Of a DNA stretch of 64,000 bases, positions 13,383 to 24,010 are shown one piece after another (position 1 is the stretch's first letter; every line of letters begins with the position of its first letter). Location: NCBI RefSeq assembly GCF_963921235.1, contig NC_086108.1:54500001-54564000 (forward strand). The letters are read 5' to 3'. The stretch comes from Mobula hypostoma. Taxonomy: Eukaryota. The notes beneath the pieces are model-generated. The model did no database searches, was not told where the DNA came from, and worked only from the letters and a program-made list of their open reading frames with translations. The position numbers and the translations under genes were made by a program.

Positions 13383-14081
13383 CAGAGTGAGCAGTTTCAA
13401 GTTCCTGGGTGTCAAGATCTCGGAGGACCTAACCTGGTCCCTACATAGTGATGTAGTTATAAAGAAGGGAAGACATCGAGTATACTTCATTGGGACTTTG
13501 AAGAGATTTGGTATGTCAACAAATACAATTAAAAACTTCTATAGATGTACCGTGGAGAGCATTCTGACAGGCTGAATCAGTGTCTGGTATGGGGGGCAGG
13601 GGCTAGTGCACAGGACCGAAGGAAGCTGCAGAGGGTTGTAAATGTAATCAGCTCCATCTTGGGTACTAGCGTACACAGTACCCAGGACATCTTCAGGGAG
13701 TGATGTCTCAGAAAGGTAGCGTCCATTATTAAGGACCCCCAGCACCCAGGCCATGCCCTTTTCTCACTGTTGCCATCAGGTAGGAGGTACTGAAGCCTGA
13801 AGGCACACACTCAGCAATTCAGGAACAGCTTCTTCCCCTCTGCCATCTGATTCCTAAATGGACATTGAACCCTTGGACACTACCTCACTTTTTTTAAATA
13901 TACAGTATTTCTTTTTTTTTGCACATTTTTAATCTATTCAATATATGTATACTGTAATTGATGTATTTATTTATTATTGTTATTTTTTTTCTCTTCTATA
14001 TTATGTATTGCATTGAACTGCTGCTGTTAAATTAACAAACTTCATGTCACATGCCGGTGATAATAAACCTGATTCTGATTC
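13383..14081 (+). mobile_element. Rex/Babar-type LINE 3' end inside a short inverted PLE pLTR (13341-14115)
   Basis: FKFLGVKISEDLTWS...FYRCTVESILTG; 3' tail AATAAACCTGATTCTGATTC. pLTR pieces on both sides and duplicated AAAGTGTTT flanks. Confidence 0.8.
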
Positions 14082-14530
14082 AACTTTTTGGGCAGAGATC
14101 CTCCACCAAGACTTGTTTTTAAAAGTGTTTACGGTGCATTATAGTGACTGAGGTAATAGATGGGGTGGGGGCTAACTAGAATGATTGATCAGATCATCTG
14201 CCTGAGAGAAGACACATTTATTTCAGCATAGAGTAATCATTAGAGTTTTTAAGATTACTATAGACTTATACAGCCCAGAAACAAGCCCTTCAACCACTAA
14301 AATGCCCCATGCAAGCTAACCCCATATGCCAGTGCAACTGTCTTTTAAAAGTTATTCCTAGCTCAACCACTTCCTCTGGAAGCTCATTGTGTAATATGTT
14401 GCCACTCAAGTTCCCTTCAAATCTATTTCCTCTCGCTTTTGCTACCCCAGCTCTGGGAAAAAGACTGAGTGCATTCACTTATCTATGCCCCTCATGATCC
14501 TATATGTCTCGATAAAATCACCTCTCAGTC

Positions 14531-16205
14531 CATAAGACCATAAGACAAAAAAGAAGTCAGCCATTCGGCCCATTGAGTCTGCTCTGCCATTTTATCATGA
14601 GCTGATCCATTCTCCCATTTAGTCCCATTCCCCTGCCTTCTCACCATAACCTTTGATGCCTTGGCTACTCAGATACCTATCAATCTCTGCCTTAAATAAA
14701 CCCAATGACTTGGCCTCCACTGCCACCTGTGGCAACAAATTCCACAGATTCACCACCCTCTGGCTAAAAAAATTTCTTCACATCTCTGTTCTGAATGGGC
14801 GCCCTTCAATCCTTAAGTCATGCCCTCTCGTACTAGACTCCCCCACCATGGGAAACAATTTTGCCACATCCACTCTGTCCATGCCTTTCAACATTCAAAA
14901 TGTTTCTATGAGGTCCCTCCTCATTCTTCTAAACTCCAAGGAGTACAGTCCAAGAGCGGACAAATGTTCCTCATACGTTAACCCTCTCATTCCCGGACTC
15001 ATTCCAGTGAATCTTCTCTGAACCCTCTCCAACGTCAGCACATCCGTTCTTAAATAAGGAGCCCAAAACTGCCCACAGTACTCCAAGTGAGGTTTTACCA
15101 GTGCCTTATAGAGCCTCAACATCACATCCCTTCTCCTATACTCTATTCCTCTAGAAATGAATGCCAACATTGCATTCACCTTCTTCACCACCAGCTCAAC
15201 CTGGAGGTTAACCTTAAGGGTATCCTGTACGAGGACTCCCAAGTCCCGTTGCATCTCAGAACTTTGAATTCTCTCCCCATTTAAATAATAGTCTGCCCGT
15301 TTATTTCTTCTGCCAAGGTGCATAACCATACACTTTCCAACATTGTATTTCATTTGCCACTTCTTTGCCCATTCTCTCAATCAATCCAAGTCTCTCTGCA
15401 GACTCTCTGTTTCCTCAGCACTACCGGCCCCTCCACCTATCTTCGTATCATCAGCAAACTTAGCCACAAAGCCATCTATTCCATAATCCAAATCGTTGAT
15501 GTACAATGTAAAAAGAAGCGGCCCCAACACGGACCCCTGTGGAACACCACTGGTAACCGACAGCCAAACAGAATAGGATCCCTTTATTCCCACTCACTGT
15601 TTCCTGCCGATCAGACAATGCTCTATCCACGTATGTAACTTGCCCGTAATTCCATGGGCTCTTACCTTGTTAAGCAGCCTCATGTGTGGCACCTTGTCAA
15701 AGGCCTTCTGAAAATCCAAATATACAACATTCACTGCATCTCCCTTGTCTAGCCTACTTGTAATTTCCTCAAAAATTTCCGCCATCCCCTTATCTCCCAT
15801 TACAATTTCTCCAGCATCATTTTCTATTGGTCCTATATCTACTCTCACCTGTCTTTTACCCTTTATATGCTTGAAAAAACTTTTAAGTATCCTCTTTGAT
15901 ATTATTTGCTAGCTTCCTTTCATAGTTCATCTTTTCCCTCTTAATGACCTTCTTAGTTTCCTTTTGTAAGCTTTTCAAAACTTCCCAATCCTCTGTCTTC
16001 CCACTAATTTTTGCTTCGTTGTATGCCCTCTCCCTTGCTTTAACTTTGGCTTTGACTTTGACTTCTCTTGTCAGCCATGGTTGAATCCTTTTTCCATTTG
16101 AAAATTTCTTTTTTGGAATATATCTGTTTTGCACCTTCTTCACTTCTTGCATAAACTCCAGCCACTGCTGCTCTGCTGTCCTTCCTGCTTGCATCCTTTT
16201 CCAGT
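14531..16205 (-). mobile_element. younger CR1 LINE (RT, 3' UTR, tandem tail) with an internal deletion, nested in an older CR1 (14260-16720)
   Basis: [33 protein letters not shown] and VKPHLEYCGQFWAP motifs; tail CATAAGACCATAAGAC; CAGTC at both junctions. Confidence 0.92.
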
Positions 16206-16959
16206 CTCCTAAACTATAAGGAATAAAGTCTAGCCTGTCCAACATTTCATGTAACTCTCTCCCTCAAGTTCTGGCAGCATTCCCTGTAAATCTTTTATGC
16301 ACTCTTTCCGGTTTAATAAAATCCTTTTTATAGCATGGAATCAAAACTGAGTACTATACGCTGGGTGGCCTCACCAGTACCCTAATGGCCGCACACGACC
16401 TCCCTACTTTCATACTCTGTGCCCTGATTTATGAAGATCAGCTTGCCAAAAGCTTTCTTTCCCACCCTGTCTTACCTGTGACTCCACTTTCAGTGAACTA
16501 TATATTTGAGCTCCAAGGTCCCCTATGTTCTATACCACTCCTCAGGATTCTGTCATTCTCCGTGAAAGTCATACCTAGATTTGAGTTTCCAAAATACAAC
16601 ACCTTGCATTTATCCAATTTAAACTCCATTTGCCATTCCTCAGCCTCCTTACTCAGATGATCAAGATGCCCCTGTAATTTTTGATAACCTTCTTTATTGT
16701 CCACTGTACCTTCCCCAACTCCCACACTGGAAACACTCCATAATTCTTTCTCTTCCTACAGATGCTGCCTGACCTGCTGTGTTCACCCGCAACTTTGATG
16801 TGTGTTGCTTGAATTTCCAGCATCTGCAGAATTCATCATGCTTGCATAGTTCTTTCTCTGCTACATTGACAACTGTAGGGTTCCAGCCGAAACGTTGACT
16901 GATCGTTTCCACGGATGCTGCCCAACCTGCTGAGTTCCTCCAGCATGTTGTGAGTGTTG

Positions 16960-17140
16960 CATTGACAACTGTATTGGTTCTGTTCCTGCACCTATACTGA
17001 GCTTCTCAATTTCATCACATTTGTCTCAAACTTCCACTCTGCCTTGAAGTTAATTGAGCCTATTTCCAATACCTCTCTCCCCTTTCATGATCTCTCTGCA
17101 TTCTTCTCTGGAGACAGACCATCTACAAACATCCTTCACA
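16960..17140 (+). mobile_element. old PLE reverse transcriptase fragment
   Basis: Degenerate copy of 18595-18777 (IDDCIG...NFHPALKF region). Confidence 0.65.
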
Positions 17141-18252
17141 AGATTGTAAAATGTCATTTCCTGTACACACATGTAAAGGAGAACAAAATAATTGTTACTC
17201 CTGATCCAATGCAGCACTATAAAGCCAGAATAAGATAAAAGAATCTAATAATTTAAAAAAAACCATGATAGCTTATACAGTGGTGCTAGAAAGCTTGTGA
17301 ACCCCATAAAATTTTCTCTATTTCTGCATAATTATGACCTAAAATGTGATCAGATTTTCATGCAAGTCCTAAAACTAGATGAAGAGAACCCAATTATATA
17401 AACACAAAAACATTATAAGCAGCACACATTATTATGTTGTTTGTGTTATTTATTTAATTGGGTTCTTTTTGTCTATTTATTTATTTATATATTGAGAAAA
17501 TTGTTCCAATGTTACATGTAATTGTTGGAAAAAGCACATGAACTTTTGGGGTAACGTCGTCTACAAAAGCTTTTGGAGTTGTGTTCCAATCAACAAGATA
17601 GAATTGGAGGTGTGGGTTGTAGAGGTGCCCTGCCCTATAAAAAAGATGCACAAAGTCAGGCTACTGACAGAGGCCGCTCTTCTCAAGAAAGATCTGTTTA
17701 TGTGCACCATACCTCAATCAAAACAACTTTCAGAGGACCTCAGAAGAATTGTAGAGATGCATGAAGCTGGAAAATGCATTTCTGAAGACCTGCGTGTTCA
17801 TTAGTCCACAACAGGAGAAAATGTCTACAAGTGGAGGAAACTGAGTATTGTTGCTACTCTCCCTAGAAGCAGGCATCTTGCAAAGATCACATGGAGTGCA
17901 CAATGTGCAGCGGCGAAGGAGGTGAAAACGAACCCAAGGGCAACAGCTAAAGACCTGCAGAAATCTCTAGAATGTGCTAAAGTCTCTGTTCACAGAATGA
18001 TACTCATGGAAGGTCACGACGGAGGAAACCACTGCTCTCCAAACAAAAAAAATTGCTGCACATCTCAAGTTTGCAAAGGCCACTTGGATGTTCTACAACG
18101 CTTCTGGGACAATGTTCTCTGGAAAGATAAAACAAAAGTTGAAATTTCTGGCAGAAATGGACATTGCTGTTTTAGGAGGAAAAAGGGCACTGTACACCAA
18201 CAGGAAAGTGTCATCCCAACTGTGAAGCATGGTGGAAGGACCATTATTGTTT

Positions 18253-20046
18253 TCGATGATTTTAAGTTCCCTGGCCCCCACCGCTTTATTTTCAGCATGG
18301 ATGTCCAGTCCTTATATACTTCCATCCCCCATCAGGAAGGTCTCAAAGCTCTACGCTTCTTTTTGGATTCCAGACCTAATCAGTTCCCCTCTACCACCAC
18401 GCTGCTCTGTCTAGGGGAATTAGTCCTTACTCTTAATAATTTCTCCTTTTGCTCCTCCCATTTCCTCCAAACTAAAGGTGTAGCTATGGGCACCCGTATG
18501 GGTCCTAGCTATGCCTGACTTTTTGTTGGCTTTGTGGAACAATCTATGTTCCGTGCCTATTCTGGTATCTGTCCCCCACTTTTCCTTCGCTACATCGACG
18601 ACTGCATTGGCGCTGCTTCCTGCACGCATGCAGAACTCGTTGACTTTATTAACATTGCCTCCAACTTTCACCCTGCCCTCAAGTTTACCTGGTCCATTTC
18701 CGACACCTCCCTCCCCTTTCTAGATCTTTCTGTCTCTGTCTCTGGAGACAGCTTATCCACTGATGTCTACTATAAGCCTACTGACTCTCACAGCTATCTG
18801 GACTATTCCTCTTCTCACCCTGTCTCTTGCAAAAACGCCATCCCCTTCTCGCAATTCCTCCGTCTCCGCCGCATCTGCTCTCAGGATGAGGCTTTTCATT
18901 CTAGGACGAGGGAGATGTCTTCATTTTTTAAAGAAAGGGGCTTCCCTTCCTCCACTATCAACTCTGCTCTTAAACGCATCTCCCCCATTTCACGTACATC
19001 TGCTCTCACTCCATCCTCCCACCACCCCACTAGGAATAGGATTCCCCTGGTCCTCACCTACCACCCCACCAGCCTCCGGGTCCAACATATTATTCTCCGT
19101 AACTTCCGCCACCTCCAATGGGATCCCACCACTAAGCACATCTTTCCCTCCCCCCCCCTCTGCATTCCACAGGGATCGCTCCCTACACAACTCCCTTGTC
19201 CATTCGTCCCCCCCCATCCCTCCCCACTGATCTCCCTCCTGGCACTTATCCGTGTAAGCGGAACAAGTGCTACACATGCCCTTACACTTCCTCCCTTACC
19301 ACCATTCAGGGCCCCAAACAGTCCTTCCAGGTGAGGCATCACTTCACCTGTGAGTCGACTGGGGTGATATACTGCATCCGGTGCTCCCGATGTGGCCTTT
19401 TATATATTGGTGAGACCCGACGCAGACTGGGAGACCGCTTTGCTGAACATCTACGCTCTGTCCACCAGAGAAAGCAGGATCTCCCAGTGGCCACACATTT
19501 TAATTCCATATCCCATTCCCATTCTGACATGTCTATTCACGGCCTCCTCTACTGTAAAGATGAAGCCACACTCAGGTTGGAGGAACAACACCTTATATTC
19601 CGTCTGGGTAGCCTCCAACCTGATGGCATGAACATTGACTTCTCTAACTTCCGCTAAGGCCCCACCTCCCCCTCGTACCCCATCTGTTACTCATTTTTAT
19701 GCACACATTCTTTCTCTCACTCTCCTTTTTCTCCCTCTGTCCCTCTGAATATACCTCTTGCCCATCCTCTGGGTCACCCCCCCCCCGTCTTTCTTCCCGG
19801 ACCTCCTGTCCCATGATCCTCTCGTATCCCCTTTTGCCTATCACCTGTCCAGCTCTCGGCTCTATCCCTCCCCCTCCTGTCTTCTCCTATCATTTTGCAT
19901 CTCCCCCTCCCCCTCCAGCTTTCAAATCCCTTACTCACTCTTCCTTCAGTTAGTCCTGACGAAGGGTCTCGGCCTGAAACGACGACTGCACCTCTTCCTA
20001 TAGATGCTGCTTGGCCTGCTGCGTTCACCAGCAACTTTGATGTATG
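18253..20046 (+). mobile_element. young 5'-truncated Penelope-like element (Neptune-like): RT, Cys linker, GIY-YIG endonuclease, pLTR
   Basis: RT motifs SMDVQSLYTSIP, QTKGVAMGTRMGPSYA, RYIDD, LPFLD; linker CKRNKCYTC; GVIYCIRCSRCGLLYIGET. One stop (18516-18518) and a frameshift at the poly-C near 19155. Perfect 10-bp TSD ATTATTGTTT (18243-18252 / 20047-20056). Confidence 0.95.
19952..19987 (+). ncRNA. minimal type I hammerhead ribozyme motif with a mutated cleavage triplet
   Basis: agtc-CTGACGA-agggtctcggcct-GAAA-cg-AC-gact; sister copies have cg-TC-gact. Confidence 0.7.
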
Positions 20047-20699
20047 ATTATTGTTTGGGGCTGCTTTGCTGATTCAGGGCCTCTACAGCTTGCAATCATT
20101 AAGGGAACAATGAATTCAACATTGTATCAAGATATTTAACAGGAGAACTTCAGGGTAGCAGTCCGTCACCTGAAGCTTAATGGAATTTGGATAATGCAAC
20201 AAGACAAAGATCCAAAAGACACGAGTAAGGCAACAAAGGAATGGATTAAAAAGAACATTTCTTTTTGCAGTGGCCAAGTTAAAGTCCTGACCTTAATCCT
20301 ATGTTGCAGTAGGACCTGAAGCAAGCAGTTCGTGCAAGGAAGCCCACCAACATCCCAGAGTTGAAGCTGTTTTGTAAGTAGGAATGGCCTAAAATTCATC
20401 CCAGCTGATGTGCAGGACTGATCAACAGTTACTGGAAATGTTTGGTTGAAGTTATTGCTATACAAGGGGCTCACACCAGTTACTGAAAGCAAAGGTTCAC
20501 ATACTTTTCCCAATGAATGCATGTAATATTGGATCATTTTTCTTAATAAATAAATGAACAAGTATAATGAATAATGATTTTTGTTATTTATTTAATTGGG
20601 TTCTCATTATCTAGTTTCAGGACATGTGAAGGTCTGATCACCTTTTAGGTCATATTTATGGAGAAACAGACAACAGGATTCACAAACTAGCACCACTGT

Positions 20700-21095
20700 A
20701 TATATAGATTGATTTATGTACCTAAACTGATGCTAGGTACAGGAGTGCCTGTACAAAAGGTGACTTACAGGAATTGATAGAGGTGGTGGCAGGTGTGGAG
20801 AGGTGGGTCAGTGGATGGAGGTGTTGATCAGCCTCGCTGCTTGGGGAAAGTAACTGTTTTTAAGTCTGGTGGTCCTGGCATCCATGCTATATAGCCTCAT
20901 CCCTAATGGGATGGGACAAATAGTCCAGGGGCAGGGTGGGTGGGTGGGTTCATTCATGATATTATTGGTCTTTTTTCTGACACCTTTCTGTACATTTGTC
21001 ATTGATGGTGGGTAGAATGGTGCCAGCGATGTGTTGGGTAGTTTGTCTAGCTGTTGTGTGCCACAGTGCAGTTCACGTACCATGCAGCGATACAG
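20700..21095 (-). mobile_element. Rex/Babar-type LINE 3' end; its tail lies at ~17140-17277, beyond the Tc1
   Basis: ORF 20808-21098 ends ARTTRLKNSYFPQAARLIN. Confidence 0.7.
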
Positions 21096-21949
21096 CATGT
21101 TAGAATGCCACTCACTGGCTGATTTTTTTCATTTTATTAAAACAAAAATTAAATTAAAAATTAAAATTATTTCTCATGAACAGGATTTTTTATTTGGTGA
21201 AGTGACAAAGGAAATTGATCAGGGCAGCCTTGTACACGAGGTTTATATGGACTTCAGCCAGGGCTCCTGCAAGGTCTCTTATAGCCCCTCGCTATGATTT
21301 TAGATATACCTGGTCAAACCCTGGAGATACATCTACCTTCCTAGCTTTTAAGACACCCAGCCTCCTCCTCTACTACAATGCAGAATATATAGATCCTAGT
21401 TTTGAAGTCTTCATGTATTTTTCCATGGTAACAACAGGGAAGATATTTTCAATAAGGACCTCGCCCCCCCCCCACATAAAGATGTCCCATGAGGTCTTTG
21501 TGGGGCCCTGTTCTTCCACTTCTTAACTCTTTCCCCCTTTAATATATTTTATAAAATTTCTTTGGATTTCCCTTAATTTTCTCTGCCACATACACTTTCA
21601 GATATTTGCACTTACAGAAACATTTCTTTTCAATGTGCAAGTTCCTCCCCTCAGCTCTGATAAAATTTCAGCTACTCTTACTTCTCTACAGAGGCATTTG
21701 CACGGTTGTGTGTCAGTCAGAACTAATTTTCCTTGTTTAATTATTTCTCTGCAACGGTATGAAAGTTTAATACAAAAAGAACTGGTAACTGAAGCCCTTC
21801 TTATATGTAATGCTTACTAAGTAACTAATTGCAAGGACAAGTTTAATAAAAATGATGAAACAGAATGTAATGCATTAAATAAACATAATTTCTTTTATTT
21901 TTAAGTGATTTGCAGAATTTCTGCTCTATGTTTATCTTCAATTGACCTC

Positions 21950-24010
21950 CTCGATTTGGGCAATCTATTCTGAGCTTTGCTATGTGGGGAAGCGCGACTG
22001 AGGATATACTCCTGCGGAGGAATTAAAAAAAATATTTATCAGAGCTGAGGGGTGGAACTTCCGCATTGAAAAGAAACGGTTGCGTAAACGCAGTAACCAG
22101 AAAGCGTACGTGGGCTGAGGATAATTGCCGATTGAGCTCCATGCTGATTGGCACATTTCCCATAACATTTGTTTTTGTGTGCGCGCGGAGCAATGAGCGT
22201 TTAGGGAGAATTGGTAATCAAATCAGTACATTTTTAACTCTAAAAGAACTAGATTAATAGCGCGCCAGGCAAAAACTTGAATGGACTTGAAAATTATTCC
22301 TTCCTGAAATGTTTTCACTTTAAATTAATATCCCTGACTCAGGGAGAGCGGAGGCGCAGTGCATTTAACCAGATTAACTTTACGGGAAATCAGATGATCT
22401 ATATATACAGTGCTACACGTATTACAATAGGACGGTCATTTCTCGCCATTGCAATACTCACTACGAACAGCGAATTCTACCGTCATGGTTTACCGACTGC
22501 AGAGGGTTTCAAGCCCCAGCAGCAAACCACACTTCATTCTAGGAACTCAACTCCATAAAGTCCCTACATTGCACTGTAGTATTTTGTAGTTTTCACATTT
22601 TACCTCAGTCCTAGAAAGGAAGATTATACAATCTCGTGATATAGAAGCTCAAATACAACTTTCTATATAATCTTTCAGTATGGGAACGCTGTAGCCGATC
22701 TCTGGAACAAGACGAAACTGCCCACTTAATTTCCCATAACTGCCTGTATGTAAAATAGAGAAATTCTGAAGATTTTAAACTGTGGTCTGATGAGAAAATG
22801 ACCACAGCTTCTCAACTTCGCCTCTGGAAAGTGACTGATCCCCATATCTGTGAGAAATTTAAATGTTACTTTTAAAAGCGACTACGAAGAGTATTACTCA
22901 GCTCACCAGCAAACAACCCGAATTGGAAGCTACTGTCACTGGATTAATTTATAACTGGCCTATTAATTTACATTACATACCATGGAATATCGATTTCGTA
23001 CGCCCGGACGTGAAATCAATTAACAATGTTTCCACGCGCAGGGAGGCAGGCCAGCATCTGCCGAAGCGTGTTTATAGATCAACTTCACGGCTCACTTACC
23101 ATGCACATCCATAAATCTTAAAATTGCAGATATTATTTCCTGCTGACAACGATGCAAAACACGATGTGCAGATTCATCCACTTGATTGGATCTTTTTATT
23201 TTTTGTCTATACTAAGATCTACGCTTTTAGAGCACCGACACTGCCAGAAGAAAGCATTTATTACGTGATTGACGCCTTCAATAAATGTATTCCCAGAAAC
23301 AGTACTCGCTACTTTGGTACCAGTAGAAACATTCCAGGAATTTGACCGCTTCGCGGTAACTCAAAGGAGCTAATTCACTCATACTCAGGTTTGCTGCGTA
23401 GATTCCGTGGCCAAACTTGGTTATTAATAGCTGATTGCACCATTGTACCGACAATTGATCAACGGCGAGGGGCATTCCGCTATTGGCTGTACGCTAAAGG
23501 GTCCCTAAAATCCTTTTCCCCTCTGAGAAAGAAACTGCTTGAAATTATGGAGTTGAGAACAGTAACAACAAATAGTGAACACAAAGGTATTTATTGTTTT
23601 AAATAGCGCAACTCCCAAAGCAAAATCCTAAGAGTGCAAGTTCTTGTGATCTCCCTCCACACAGACGCACAAACTAAAACAGCAGTTTTTGCTCGACTTT
23701 GAAGAGATAGATTTTCCATTCTGCCGGAAACGATTCATTAACGTGGACAAGAAGTTATTTCAAGTGCGATATTATCGTAATGATTCGTATTATAGTCGTG
23801 AAGAATAGTTTCGACTGTTAACTGCTCGTCTCGGTAATATTTAAATAATGGTTGTAAATGAACAAGAGGGCGTGTGTGTATGTGAATAATTAAGTAAGCG
23901 ATTATCAAGATTTCAAACCCAGCACAAACCGTGTACCAGCCAGCGGTAACCCCTGCCTTTTCTCTGCGACGTGGCCTCCTGCAGCAGCCGATTCAAAGCA
24001 GTGAAGAGAC
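21950..24010. promoter_or_regulatory. repeat-free CpG-enriched island; candidate enhancer or alternative promoter
   Basis: Many CpGs compared with the depleted 25-29 kb flank. GAS-type sites at 22380, 22537, 23290 and 23332, CCAAT (minus) at ~23482, TAAT-rich motifs, perfect minus-strand donor G|gtaagtgag at 23100. Confidence 0.55.

Larger units (their letters stand above)
17278..20698 (+). mobile_element. Tc1/mariner DNA transposon, decayed, split by a PLE
   Basis: TA on both flanks, long imperfect TIRs starting CAGTGGTGCTAG. Transposase motifs NPRATAKDLQ, FWDNVLWKDKTKVE, PTVKHGGRTIIV|WGCFA and WIMQQDKDPK. Confidence 0.93.

Noticed and set aside
17922..18518. 198-aa ORF fusing Tc1 transposase to PLE reverse transcriptase
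   Set aside because: Chance in-frame junction at the PLE insertion site (TSD visible). The Tc1 part is frameshifted, the start codon is GTG and the RT part ends at a premature stop.
22604..22610. 7-nt minus-strand micro-exon (ttctag|GACTGAG|gtaaaa)
   Set aside because: Weak donor and no supporting frame; expected by chance.
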